From Methanomicrobia archaeon LH_S14 (GTDB taxonomy: Archaea; Halobacteriota; Syntropharchaeia; Alkanophagales; Methanospirareceae), in the NCBI GenBank assembly GCA_023659775.1, contig JAGXOS010000002.1:1-38915 (forward strand): a stretch of DNA of 38,915 nt, read 5' to 3'. Position 1 is the first letter of the stretch, and the number at the start of each line of letters is the position of its first letter. The notes under the pieces were generated by a model that was not told the origin of the DNA, made no database searches, and saw only the letters and a list, made by a program, of their open reading frames with translations. A program made the position numbers and the translations under genes. Of this stretch, positions 1-9,529 are shown in pieces.

Positions 1-1
1 G

Positions 2-361
2 GCTTTTCACCATTCCTGCCTCTTTCAATACTCGGTCTACATAGGACTTTGAGACTTTTTTGCCCGTCTGTTTTTCATAATTTTTCTTTACCACCTTTGA
101 ACCGATAAAATAACTGTCTTCTTTCTCTAAATCTGTTCTTATTTTTATAATTTGCCGTTTTGTTTCAGGCGTGTATTTTCTCGATTGCCCCTTTTCCCCG
201 CCTCTGTTGTCGCTTGATATTTCGCTTTCATCCATCTGCACCCATTTACCTACACTGTTTTTGCTTGCCAGTAGATGACGTGCTATCTTGCGGTTACTCC
301 ATCCTCTCTCGTGTAGCCCTTTCGCCTTCTTACGCTTAAATATTAATAACTTTTTGTTCAT
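2..361 (-). mobile_element. Transposase N-terminal part (HTH, IS481/IS630-like), running off the window start
   Basis: Manual translation (not in ORF track), open to the window edge: MNKKLLIFKRKKAKGLHERGWSNRKIARHLLASKNSVGKWV...SRKYTPETKRQIIKIR...IGSKVVKKNYEKQTGKKVSKSYVDRVLKEAGMV. The two HTH-like segments are typical of IS transposases; the catalytic domain is outside the window, so the family is uncertain. Confidence 0.7.
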
Positions 362-365
362 TTCA

Positions 366-392
366 GACACTCTCTTCACCTACAAGAGTGTC
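366..392. repeat. 8-bp perfect inverted repeat just upstream of the transposase, near the probable IS end
   Basis: GACACTCT (366-373) / AGAGTGTC (385-392) with an 11-nt spacer. Confidence 0.55.
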
Positions 393-577
393 CCTCTTCT
401 GCATGAAACTCAACCCCTAATGTTTCCAAGAATCTCTTTGGTGTAACACACCCCCCAATACCTTCAAAGTCCCTATCGTATGCTATTATTGGCAAATTCA
501 AAGCCTTCGCAGTCGCTAAATGTTCCAAATCCCTCTCCTTTATCTTACCTTTGTTCAAATACTCGCTTCTTTGGCAT
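376..577 (-). pseudogene. PIN-domain (VapC-like) toxin, internally deleted and frameshifted
   Basis: ATG at 577 gives MPKKRVF, a PIN-like start lacking the following LDTN. The sequence then continues in another frame as ...KERDLEHLATAKALNLPIIAYDRDF...VTPKRFL, a PIN C-terminus. Confidence 0.65.
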
Positions 578-695
578 TCTGTATTAATCTCTCTAACTCC
601 GCTTCCTCTATCTTTATCCTTTTCGCCTTTTCCTGTATCTTACTAAGTATCTCATCTCTCGATAACAAATCGGTGTTTAAAGTTGCGGCATCCAT
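555..695 (-). CDS. Putative small antitoxin (46 aa)
   Basis: MDAATLNTDLLSRDEILSKIQEKAKRIKIEEAELERLIQNAKEASI; overlaps the start of the PIN remnant as in type II TA pairs. Confidence 0.5.
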   Translation of the reverse strand: MDAATLNTDLLSRDEILSKIQEKAKRIKIEEAELERLIQNAKEASI

Positions 696-780
696 ACCAA
701 TCACTATAAATATATTGTCAATAACTCCTTATTATACTAGATAAAATTAATTGTTACTATAACAAGGAGGAAATGAAGTT

Positions 781-3327
781 ATGAAGATATACAAATCTGA
801 AGTGGAAGGTGGATGCGGAGTCGTTGGTTTCGCATCCACGATTCCGGTCAAAGGTAGGCATATATTTGAACCCGCTATACAGATGCATAACCGAGGTAAC
901 GGAAAGGGCGGAGGTATAGCCGCAGTTGGTCTCTCTTATGAAGACCTCGGCGTTTCAAGATCAATACTTGAAGACGACTATCTGCCACTGATAGCACTAC
1001 TCGACCCGGAAGCTCGCAGCGAGATAGAAGAGGAGTTCATAACGCCTTTAATGGACGTTGATAAGTCGGAAAGGATACCAACCGTTTCAGATTATCGTAA
1101 GATAGAGGGGTTAGATGCGAAACCACCGGATGTATGGCGGTATTTTGTCAGGGTTAAAGAGGATGTGCTTGATAGGTACATAAGAGAAACTAAATTAGAG
1201 GATATAGACCGAAGAAGGGCAGAAGACGAATTCATTTATCAAAATAGCTTCAAAATCAATACGAAGTTCTACGCGTCGCTTGGCGAAAAGAGGGCGTTTG
1301 TGCTCTCTCACGGCAGGAATATGATGATATTGAAGATCGTTGGTTATGCCGAGGACATAGTAAGATATTATAAACTTGAGGATTTCAGAGCTCATGTCTG
1401 GATAGCGCATCAACGTTATCCCACAAAGGGTAGAGTCTGGCATCCGGGCGGAGCACATCCATTCATGGGAATGCATGAAGCGCTCGTTCACAATGGTGAT
1501 TTCGCTAACTATCATTCCGTGGTGGAATATCTTGAACAGCGAGGCAGACATCCTCTATTCTTGACCGATACAGAGGTTTCTGTTCTGTTGTTCGACCTGT
1601 TAAACCGGAAGTATAACTATCCGCTGGAGTATGTTATTGAGGCGATGGCGCCCACAACCGAACTTGACTTTGATATGCTACCGCCAGAAAGGCAGGAGAT
1701 ATACCACGCTATACAGACCATGCACATTCATGGGTCGCCAGACGGACCCTGGTTTTTTATAATTGCGAGAAACGAGCCTTACGAGAACTATTTCCAGTTG
1801 ATCGGGATAACTGACACATCTATGCTGAGACCGCAGGTATTTGCACTTGTAGAAGGGGATGACGTTCAGATAGGACTAATCGGTTCGGAAAAGCAAGCGA
1901 TAGATGCAACACTTAAGAGTTTATCAGAGGAGGATAAGAGGTTCCCTTCTGTCGCAGATAAATATTGGAATGCACGAGGCGGTAGTTATACCGATGGTGG
2001 TGCGTTCATATTCACAATAAGAGGAGATGCGAAGAAGAAGCTCGTATGCACCAATAAGTTCGATGAAGTTGTGAAAACACCTGAATATCAGACGCACTGC
2101 GATTTCACAAAGCCTATTACACCACTCCGAGATAGCAATAGACAAAGAGAAATGATAGAAGCTGAATTGAAAAGTCCGCTAAACTTATTCGAGTTCTTGC
2201 GAAGTGGTGTTAAGGAATGGGACTGCAATAAGCTACGATGGACGGTATTCGAGCTTACAAAGTATGCAAAGGAAGATGAGCGAAAGAAGACAATCGTGAC
2301 AGAGGGTTTAACACTTCTTAACGACCGCAGGTATGACTCAGGCAACAAAAAGAGGAGTTCCATAGTCCAGATAGTAAAAGAAGCACTACACAGGATATTT
2401 GATGAGACTCCGGCAATAGAGGCTAAAAGCGCTGGTATCTATCACTTGATTCGCTGGTCGAATAAGGACCGTTTAAGACCACCAGAGAGAGGAGAAGACG
2501 TTTTGATAGTAAATGCGGCGAAGCTTCCACCAGAAGGAGAAGAAAGTGATGCGAGGCTTGTCGTAACGGCTTATGAGCTGGACTGGAAAAGGTTCATTGT
2601 CTATAATGCACAGGGGCAGCGTTTTTGTGGCTCGGGATTAGGTCCTCATACAACAGGTGTGAGGATTGATGTTTATGATAGTTCCGGGGATTACCTCGGC
2701 TCGTCTATGGATGGTGCAGAACTTTACATTCACGGAAATGGGCAGGACCAGCTTGGGCAGATATTGAAGAATGGTAAGCTTGTGGTCTTCGGTGATGTCG
2801 GACAGACGTTCATGTATGGAGCAAAAGGAGGTGAATCATACGTGTCGGGAAATGCGGCTGGCAGACCGCTAATAAACGCAGTTGGAAAACCGCGTGTGGT
2901 GATAAATGGGACATGTCTTGATTACTTAGCGGAATCGTTTATGGCAGGTGACCCTCTAAATGGCGGTGGCTTTGTAGTGCTGAATGGGCTTGAACCCGAT
3001 GAGAACGGTAATTTTAGAGAACAGGATACGCCATATCCGGGTTCAAATCTGTTTTCACTCGCATCGGGCGGTGCAATCTATATAAGAGACCCGCATCGTA
3101 AGCTGGTGAACGACCAATTAAACGGTGGTGAATTCTCAATTCTAACGTCAGAAGATTGGGCGCTTATTTTACCTTACTTGGAAGAGAACGAGAGACTTTT
3201 TGATATATCCATCGAAAATGACCTTCTGGTAGTAAATGGCGAGAAGAAAACACCGCAGGAGGTGTACAGGAAGGTTAAGCCGTTGAAGACCGCTATCCTT
3301 GCAGCGGGTGAAGAGGTGGACGATTAA
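781..3327 (+). CDS. Glutamate synthase subunit: class II glutamine amidotransferase domain fused to GXGXG C-terminal domain (no FMN domain)
   Basis: Ntn-type GG|CGVVG start, HQRYPT, AHPF and HNGDFANY motifs; C-terminal GXGXG beta-helix (GQRFCGSG, GDVGQTFMYGAKGG, GGAIYIR). Confidence 0.88.
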   Translation: MKIYKSEVEGGCGVVGFASTIPVKGRHIFEPAIQMHNRGNGKGGGIAAVGLSYEDLGVSRSILEDDYLPLIALLDPEARSEIEEEFITPLMDVDKSERIPTVSDYRKIEGLDAKPPDVWRYFVRVKEDVLDRYIRETKLEDIDRRRAEDEFIYQNSFKINTKFYASLGEKRAFVLSHGRNMMILKIVGYAEDIVRYYKLEDFRAHVWIAHQRYPTKGRVWHPGGAHPFMGMHEALVHNGDFANYHSVVEYLEQRGRHPLFLTDTEVSVLLFDLLNRKYNYPLEYVIEAMAPTTELDFDMLPPERQEIYHAIQTMHIHGSPDGPWFFIIARNEPYENYFQLIGITDTSMLRPQVFALVEGDDVQIGLIGSEKQAIDATLKSLSEEDKRFPSVADKYWNARGGSYTDGGAFIFTIRGDAKKKLVCTNKFDEVVKTPEYQTHCDFTKPITPLRDSNRQREMIEAELKSPLNLFEFLRSGVKEWDCNKLRWTVFELTKYAKEDERKKTIVTEGLTLLNDRRYDSGNKKRSSIVQIVKEALHRIFDETPAIEAKSAGIYHLIRWSNKDRLRPPERGEDVLIVNAAKLPPEGEESDARLVVTAYELDWKRFIVYNAQGQRFCGSGLGPHTTGVRIDVYDSSGDYLGSSMDGAELYIHGNGQDQLGQILKNGKLVVFGDVGQTFMYGAKGGESYVSGNAAGRPLINAVGKPRVVINGTCLDYLAESFMAGDPLNGGGFVVLNGLEPDENGNFREQDTPYPGSNLFSLASGGAIYIRDPHRKLVNDQLNGGEFSILTSEDWALILPYLEENERLFDISIENDLLVVNGEKKTPQEVYRKVKPLKTAILAAGEEVDD

Positions 3328-3368
3328 AGGATGTTTTATACTAAAAATAGAGAGGGTGATAAAACCGA

Positions 3369-3641
3369 ATGGATAGGGTGGAGAAAGAAGAGATCGTAAA
3401 TAAATGCACAGAGATGCTTGAAAAAATAATACGAGATACCTCTGTTCCGAGAAACATAAGAAAATCGGTAAGTGAAGTAAAGAATGAGCTGCTGAATGGC
3501 GATGAATCACTGGCAGTAAGAGCGGCAGCGGTGATTGCCGAATTGGATGAACTGAGTAACAACCCTAACATTCCTTCCCATACGAGGACGTTGGTGTGGA
3601 GTATAGTAAGTCAGTTAGAAATGATTTCCGCTGAAGAATAA
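3369..3641 (+). CDS. UPF0147 family protein
   Basis: DTSVPRNIR...NPNIPSHTRTLVWSIVSQLE signature. Confidence 0.9.
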   Translation: MDRVEKEEIVNKCTEMLEKIIRDTSVPRNIRKSVSEVKNELLNGDESLAVRAAAVIAELDELSNNPNIPSHTRTLVWSIVSQLEMISAEE

Positions 3642-3664
3642 AATAAAAAATAAAGAGCAGAGAT

Positions 3665-4885
3665 ATGATAACAATAGCGATAGTAGGGAAGCCAAATTCG
3701 GGAAAATCTACCTTTTTCAAGGCTTCTACACTCGCAGATGTGGAAATAGCTTCTTATCCGTTCACCACCATATCGCCAAATGTGGGGATAGCATACGTGA
3801 GGGTAAAATGTCCCTGTAAAGACAAAGAGATTCAGCAGGAGGTGGGCAGAGGGTGTGGGAATTGCGTGGATGGTTTTCGCTTCGTACCCGTGGAGCTCAT
3901 AGACGTTGCAGGTCTGGTCAGGGGCGCGCATGAAGGAAGGGGACTAGGAAACGAATTCTTAGACGAACTCAGGCAGGCGGAAGCGATAATACATGTTGTA
4001 GATGCCTCAGGCGGAACAGATGGAGACGGGAATGTGGTAGAGATTGGGACACATGACCCAGTCGAAGACGTTATCTTTTTCCAGGAAGAGCTGAAAGAGT
4101 GGGTGAAGGGAATAATAAGTAGAAACAGAAGGAAGCTGGGGAGGAAGGCGGAATTAGAAGGTGCGAAGATAGCGAGATTGCTTTCCGAGCAATTAGCTGG
4201 CGTCGGAGTAACCGAAGAACAAGTAAAAACCGCTATATTACAATCTCTCGTCTCGGATAAAACCGACATGAAGTCATGGAACGAGGATGACATGAAAGAT
4301 TTAGCTTCGCACCTGATAAAAAGGAGTAAAAAAATGGTTATCGCTGCAAACAAAGCTGACATAGCGCCGGAAGAGAACATAAGGAAGTTGAAGGAGCTCG
4401 AAGGTAAGGGCGAAGGAAAAGAGGAAGAGAAAGTAATTCCATGTTCCGCAGAAGCAGAGCTTGCTTTGAGAACCGCTGCAAAGAACGAGTTCATAAAATA
4501 CCTGCCCGGGGATACCGATTTTGTGATTGCTCACGAAGTTACGGAAAAACAAAGAAGAGGGCTGGAAAGAATACAAAAATTAATTCAAGCGTATAGCGGC
4601 ACGGGAGTTCAAGCAATAATAAATCGTGTGGTGTTCGATTTGCTGGATTACGTAGTTGCATATCCGGTAGAGGACGAGCACAAGTTCAGTGACGCCTCAG
4701 GCAGAATCCTGCCAGATGCGTTCCTTTTGAAAAACGGGAGCACCGCCCGGGATCTGGCTTTTTCTATTCATTCTGATATTGGTGAAGGCTTTCTTTATGC
4801 AATAGACGCAAGAACGAAACGACGGGTGGGGGAGAAATACGCGTTGAGAAGTAATGATATAATAAGGGTGGTGTACACGAGGTGA
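3665..4885 (+). CDS. ychF: YchF/Obg-family translation-associated NTPase with TGS domain
   Basis: GKPNSGKST, YPFTT, DVAGLV and ANKAD motifs; C-terminal TGS (DLAFSIHSDIG). Confidence 0.92.
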   Translation: MITIAIVGKPNSGKSTFFKASTLADVEIASYPFTTISPNVGIAYVRVKCPCKDKEIQQEVGRGCGNCVDGFRFVPVELIDVAGLVRGAHEGRGLGNEFLDELRQAEAIIHVVDASGGTDGDGNVVEIGTHDPVEDVIFFQEELKEWVKGIISRNRRKLGRKAELEGAKIARLLSEQLAGVGVTEEQVKTAILQSLVSDKTDMKSWNEDDMKDLASHLIKRSKKMVIAANKADIAPEENIRKLKELEGKGEGKEEEKVIPCSAEAELALRTAAKNEFIKYLPGDTDFVIAHEVTEKQRRGLERIQKLIQAYSGTGVQAIINRVVFDLLDYVVAYPVEDEHKFSDASGRILPDAFLLKNGSTARDLAFSIHSDIGEGFLYAIDARTKRRVGEKYALRSNDIIRVVYTR

Positions 4886-5008
4886 GAACCTACCACTAAA
4901 TAAGCTTTTTGTACCCGAACTGTGTGGTCACGCATTTAATTTTGCAAAAACCTACTTATAAATATTATAATATAGCGAATATAATTAAAAATTGGGTTGA
5001 AGAAGTTC

Positions 5009-5539
5009 ATGGAGAACAAGAAAAAAGAGAGTGATAAAAAGGAGAAGGAGAAGGCAGAATACGAGGAAGGGTTGAAAAAGACGCTAATTCCACTTCTATT
5101 TGGTGCTCTCGCGGGCATTATATGCTTTTTAATATTTGTATCTACCCCGTATTTGGTTAGTACGAACGGAGGTTTAAAAGAGGACCTGGATAATGGTATC
5201 GTGCCGGAAAATTTGATAAATATGTTTGAAACAAAAGGTAGCCCACTTTCTGAAAATATCACCATTACGAAGGAAGGCAATGACAAATGGCTGATAAATG
5301 ATGAAGAAAAGAAAAATACCTACATTATCAAGAAAGAAGCTGAAAAGCTAAATATTTACTCAACTCCCAAATCGGAAGATTGGTTGCTTATCGCAATCCT
5401 CATGATCTTAGTGCAGAAATTTGTGTATCCTTTCTTGCATACGAGCATAAAAGGAGCAAAAGATTGGATTTATATCTCGTTTATGACCGTTTTCTGCTGG
5501 TTTATCTTCTTCACCTTGTTGTTGATGATTTTCTTCTAA
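5009..5539 (+). CDS. Archaeal EMC6-like membrane protein with an inserted soluble module
   Basis: Hydrophobic segments KTLIPLLFGALAGIICF and KDWIYISFMTVFCWFIFFTLLL resemble archaeal EMC6-like proteins; about 65 hydrophilic residues are inserted after TM1. ATG 5009 preferred over TTG 4997. Confidence 0.6.
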   Translation: MENKKKESDKKEKEKAEYEEGLKKTLIPLLFGALAGIICFLIFVSTPYLVSTNGGLKEDLDNGIVPENLINMFETKGSPLSENITITKEGNDKWLINDEEKKNTYIIKKEAEKLNIYSTPKSEDWLLIAILMILVQKFVYPFLHTSIKGAKDWIYISFMTVFCWFIFFTLLLMIFF

Positions 5540-6036
5540 GTGATTTGGTGCTCGATATTTGGAATTTTTTGAGTCTGAAATATATGTGTGGCTGCAATGG
5601 CGAGGGCATCGGTGACATCATCAGGCTTTGGTGTTTCCTCCAAACGAAGCAGTTCTTTTACTTTGCTCGCCACTTCGCTCTTTGTTGCTCTACCGTACCC
5701 GGTTATAATACTTTTCACCTCAGAGGTATTATATTCGTATGCCGGTAGCCCGGTAATAGCAGCAGCTAAGAGGCAGACCCCACGTGCTTGACCAACGTTT
5801 AACGCTGTTTTCACGTTAATATTGAAAAATATCTTCTCGATTGCCATGCCACCCGGTGACATGTTTTTTATCACCGCAAGCAAATCCTCGTATATTTTTT
5901 TTAATCTTTCCTCTTTTGGTTGCCTGGGAGTCGTCTTTATATACCCAAAACCAACTGATTTTAACGTTCCGTGGTTGAACTCAACAACTCCCCAGCCTGT
6001 ACGAGCAGTTCCCGGATCTATTCCAATTACACGCAT
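5536..6036 (-). CDS. ruvC: Bacterial-type Holliday junction resolvase RuvC (166 aa)
   Basis: MRVIGIDPGTARTGWGVV, AIEKIFFNIN, VGQARGV, ITGYGRATKSEV and PDDVTDALAIA: all four catalytic acidic residues present. Start is ATG 6036, not the 6414 ORF start. Confidence 0.93.
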   Translation of the reverse strand: MRVIGIDPGTARTGWGVVEFNHGTLKSVGFGYIKTTPRQPKEERLKKIYEDLLAVIKNMSPGGMAIEKIFFNINVKTALNVGQARGVCLLAAAITGLPAYEYNTSEVKSIITGYGRATKSEVASKVKELLRLEETPKPDDVTDALAIAATHIFQTQKIPNIEHQIT

Positions 6037-6121
6037 AAATAATAAATAGAGAAGAAGCAAAATAATAAAGGAAGATAAAAAAGAAGAGGAAGGGAGAGAA
6101 AGAAAGAAAGGAGAGAAGTAA

Positions 6122-6685
6122 ATGGAAAAAGATAAAAGAATCGTAGTTCCGGGGGATTTTTTAGGCACTTCTGAGGAATTTACGCTTGGAAAAGGTGTGT
6201 TCGATGAAAACGGGAATTTGTATGCCTCACAGATAGGGGAAATTAGCATAAGCGATAAAAGGGTTATAGACGTTCTGCCTGTGGCGGGGACACCGCCAAT
6301 GCTCAAAGAAGGTGATGTGGTTATAGGCAGAATAGAAGATATAAAAGATACTGTTGCTGTCGTGAGTATAGCGTGCGTGAAAGGGAAGGAGACGCGAGAA
6401 ATTGCTGCATCCACGCAGGGAGTTATTCATATATCAAACGTAAAAAGCGGGTATGTGAGTGAATTGCAGCATGAGTTTGGTTATCTTGACGTGGTAAAGG
6501 CGAGAGTGATAGATGCAAAAGCATTAAGACTTAGCACGGAAAGTAAGGATTTAGGCGTGATAAAAGCGATGTGTATGAAATGCAAAGGCAACCTGAAGAG
6601 GAAAGGGGATGTGCTGACATGTGAGAGATGCAAGAGGGTGGAAACGAGAAAAATATCTGAGGATTATGGTAAGGGCGTGGTGTAG
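6122..6685 (+). CDS. csl4: Exosome complex RNA-binding protein Csl4
   Basis: VVPGDFLG N-terminus, S1 domain, C-terminal zinc ribbon CMKC...CERC...ETRKIS. Confidence 0.93.
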   Translation: MEKDKRIVVPGDFLGTSEEFTLGKGVFDENGNLYASQIGEISISDKRVIDVLPVAGTPPMLKEGDVVIGRIEDIKDTVAVVSIACVKGKETREIAASTQGVIHISNVKSGYVSELQHEFGYLDVVKARVIDAKALRLSTESKDLGVIKAMCMKCKGNLKRKGDVLTCERCKRVETRKISEDYGKGVV

Positions 6686-6693
6686 GTGTAGAG

Positions 6694-6981
6694 ATGGGAA
6701 ATAATAAGGTAAAGATACTGGAGAAGAAGGAGAAAGAGGTGAGGATAGAGGTGGAAGGTGAAGACCATACACTTTTAGCTCCACTGGCATCAAAGCTATT
6801 GGAGAATGAAAAGGTTGACATCGCAACCTATGGCATCAAACATACGCTGATGAGCAACCCGGTTTTGTATGTGAAGGTGAGGGAGGGGGATCCATTAGAG
6901 GTGGTGAAGTCGGCTGCTGCTTCACTGGCATCAGAATTTGAGGAATTCGAGACCTTGTATAAAAAAGCGGCAATAGTCTAG
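6694..6981 (+). CDS. rpoL: DNA-directed RNA polymerase subunit L (Rpo11)
   Basis: EGEDHTL motif, size, and conserved position after csl4. Confidence 0.92.
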   Translation: MGNNKVKILEKKEKEVRIEVEGEDHTLLAPLASKLLENEKVDIATYGIKHTLMSNPVLYVKVREGDPLEVVKSAAASLASEFEEFETLYKKAAIV

Positions 6982-7037
6982 CGGTAGGACATGGGCTTCC
7001 CAAGCCTATAACCCGGGTTCAAGCCCCGGTTGCCGCA
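6967..7037 (+). tRNA. tRNA-Gly, anticodon CCC (CCA not encoded)
   Basis: Acceptor GCGGCAA/TTGCCGC plus discriminator A; D arm GTC-TAGCGGTAG-GAC; anticodon arm TGGGC-TTCCCAA-GCCTA; T arm CCGGG-TTCAAGC-CCCGG. Confidence 0.93.
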
Positions 7038-7071
7038 TAAAAGTTTTAAAAAAAAGTTTTATCAAAGAAAT

Positions 7072-8163
7072 ATGGACCAGATAAAAAAATACGAATTCAG
7101 GAAGGTATTGGAAGAACTGAGGAAAAAGAGCGGTAGAGGTACAGAACTCGTTTCAGTTTACATTCCCCGGGATAAACAAATATCTGATGTTACTTCTCAT
7201 CTCAAGGAAGAATACGGGCAAGCAATGAACATAAAAAGCAAATCCACTCGTACTAACGTTCAAAGCTCTTTAGATTCCATTTTATCCAAGCTGAAGTATG
7301 TGGATATAGGAGAAAATGGCGTGGTTATATTCTGTGGTGCGGTGGAGAAGGGTGGAGACAAGACGGATATAGAAACTTTCATCGTGGAGCCGCCGGAGAA
7401 AATACCTTCTTACATCTATCATTGTGATTCCTCTTTCTTCCTCGAGCCGCTGGAAGAGATGGTGGAGGAGAAGGAAAAATACGGGTTGCTCGTGCTTGAC
7501 AGAAGAGAAGCAACGATAGGCATTCTAACGGGAAAGGTGGTGGAGACGACGAAGCACTTGACTTCCGCGGTTCCGGGAAAGATAAGAAAAGGGGGGCAGT
7601 CGGCACTGCGATTTCAAAGGTTGCGAGAGATTGCAATAGAAGATTTTTATAAGCGAATAGGGGAGCATGTAACACGAATTTTGCTGCAAATAGGAGACCT
7701 CAAGGGCATCTTGATAGGAGGACCAGGTCCAACGAAGGATGATTTTATAAAAGGGTCTTACTTGCATTACGAGCTGCAGAATAAAATTCTTGGCGCTTTT
7801 GATGTAGCCTATACGGATGAATCAGGTCTTTTTGAGCTCGTTGACAAGGCAGAGGATGCCCTGGAAGGGCTGGATTTGATGCGCGAGAAGAGGTTCATGA
7901 CGAGGTTCATGAAGTTATTGGCAAATGATGAGAGTATGGTTGCATACGGAGATGAAGAAGTAAGGAGGAAATTGGAAATTGGCGCTGTTGGCACGCTTTT
8001 GTTTTCCGAGGAGCTCAGCACTGAGTTCATGCACAATTTAGTAGAACTCGCTGAGGAGATAGGAGCAGATGTGGAATTAATATCAACGGATTTTGAGGAA
8101 GGCGTGCAATTAAAGCGTGCATTTGGTGGCGTTGCCGCTTTATTGCGGTACAGGGCAAAGTAA
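7072..8163 (+). CDS. prf1: Peptide chain release factor aRF1 (363 aa)
   Basis: GTELVSVYIP, NIKS, YHCD and GGQS motifs. ATG 7072 chosen because the 7030 start lies inside the tRNA. Confidence 0.95.
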   Translation: MDQIKKYEFRKVLEELRKKSGRGTELVSVYIPRDKQISDVTSHLKEEYGQAMNIKSKSTRTNVQSSLDSILSKLKYVDIGENGVVIFCGAVEKGGDKTDIETFIVEPPEKIPSYIYHCDSSFFLEPLEEMVEEKEKYGLLVLDRREATIGILTGKVVETTKHLTSAVPGKIRKGGQSALRFQRLREIAIEDFYKRIGEHVTRILLQIGDLKGILIGGPGPTKDDFIKGSYLHYELQNKILGAFDVAYTDESGLFELVDKAEDALEGLDLMREKRFMTRFMKLLANDESMVAYGDEEVRRKLEIGAVGTLLFSEELSTEFMHNLVELAEEIGADVELISTDFEEGVQLKRAFGGVAALLRYRAK

Positions 8164-8185
8164 ATGCAAAATGCAAATTGAAAAA

Positions 8186-9526
8186 TTACTTCAGCCTCTT
8201 CATCATCTTACCCATTGGCATTTTCATCCCTTTCATCATCGGCCCCCTTCCCGAGGTCAGACTTTTTATCATCTTTTGCATCATCCGGTGATATTTTACC
8301 AGCTCGTTCACCTCCGCAGTTGTCGTCCCAGAACCCCTTGCTATTCTTTTTAACCTCGACCCACCTATTATCTTCGGCTCGTTCAGTTCCTCCTCCGTCA
8401 TCGAATCCATCATCACTTTGAATGTTTTCAATTTATCCTCCGTAATTTGATACATCTGGTCATCAAAATCGATGCCAAGCCCGCCTAAAGGCAGCATTTG
8501 AATCAATTTCTTCATCGGCCCCATCTTTCTCACCGCTTCTAACTGCTTATACAAATCCTTTAGCGTGAATTTCCCTTTTAAGAAGTCAACATCCACATCC
8601 TCTGGCTTTAAACTCCCCTCCGCCATCTCTATCAAACTCTTTATGTCGCCCATACCGAGCAAGCGTGAGATGAATGAATCGGATTCAAACCTCTCAAAAT
8701 CATCTACCTTCTCCCCAGTGCCTATAAACGCGACTCCCGAATTCGTCTCGGACACCGCAGAAAGCGCGCCTCCTCCCTTTGCAGTTCCGTCCATTTTGGT
8801 TATAATTATGCCGGTAATTCCAATTGCATCGTCAAAAGCCCTCGCCTGCACCGATGCTTGCTGTCCTATACTCGCATCCAGAATGAGAAATCGCTGTTCC
8901 GGCTTTATTGTCTTTTCTATCCTCCGTATCTCCTCTATCATGTCTTCTTCTAACGCATGCCTCCCCGCAGTGTCTATTATCTCGACGTCGTACTTCCCAA
9001 ATTCTTTTACACCTGATTTCACTATACCCATCACATTTTTGTTCCTTTCAGGTAGATTTGCACTATCGTAAAAGGGAACGCCTATTTTATCACACAATTG
9101 CCTTAGCTGGTCGGATGCTGCCGGTCTATACACGTCAGCACAGATAACCGCAGGCTTTAAACCCTTCTTTTGAAAATACCTTGCAAGTTTCGCACACGAA
9201 GATGTTTTTCCTGAGCCATGCAAGCCCACCATCATTATTTTCTGCGCCGCTAAAGGAACTTCCACACTCTTACCTATGATGTTTATTAACTCCTCATATA
9301 CCACCTTGATCACATGCTCTCTCGGATTCAACACCATCTTCTCCTTTAAACTACGCTCTCTTATGCGACTCGAAAGTTCCTTCACCAGTGAAATCTTAAC
9401 ATCTGCCTGTATCAACGCCCGCTGAATGTCTCGCACGAGCTCATCAACCGTATGTTTGTCTATCCTCTTCGCCATCGCTATCTTTCGAATCGTTTCCTTC
9501 AACGAACTGCTTAACTTATCTAACAT
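8186..9526 (-). CDS. srp54: Signal recognition particle protein SRP54
   Basis: [14 protein letters not shown] and [11 protein letters not shown] motifs; Met-rich M domain with RIARGSG. Confidence 0.96.
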   Translation of the reverse strand: MLDKLSSSLKETIRKIAMAKRIDKHTVDELVRDIQRALIQADVKISLVKELSSRIRERSLKEKMVLNPREHVIKVVYEELINIIGKSVEVPLAAQKIMMVGLHGSGKTSSCAKLARYFQKKGLKPAVICADVYRPAASDQLRQLCDKIGVPFYDSANLPERNKNVMGIVKSGVKEFGKYDVEIIDTAGRHALEEDMIEEIRRIEKTIKPEQRFLILDASIGQQASVQARAFDDAIGITGIIITKMDGTAKGGGALSAVSETNSGVAFIGTGEKVDDFERFESDSFISRLLGMGDIKSLIEMAEGSLKPEDVDVDFLKGKFTLKDLYKQLEAVRKMGPMKKLIQMLPLGGLGIDFDDQMYQITEDKLKTFKVMMDSMTEEELNEPKIIGGSRLKRIARGSGTTTAEVNELVKYHRMMQKMIKSLTSGRGPMMKGMKMPMGKMMKRLK

Positions 9527-9529
9527 TTT

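Noticed and set aside
781-3327. Glutamate synthase missing the FMN domain as a novelty
   Set aside because: Split glutamate synthase architectures are established in archaea and some anaerobic bacteria.
6037-6414. N-terminal extension of the 292-aa RuvC ORF
   Set aside because: It is the antisense of csl4 and the purine-rich intergenic region; RuvC homology starts at MRVIGIDPG (6036).
7030-7071. Longer aRF1 start from the ORF track
   Set aside because: The TTG lies within the tRNA acceptor stem; ATG 7072 fits homologues.
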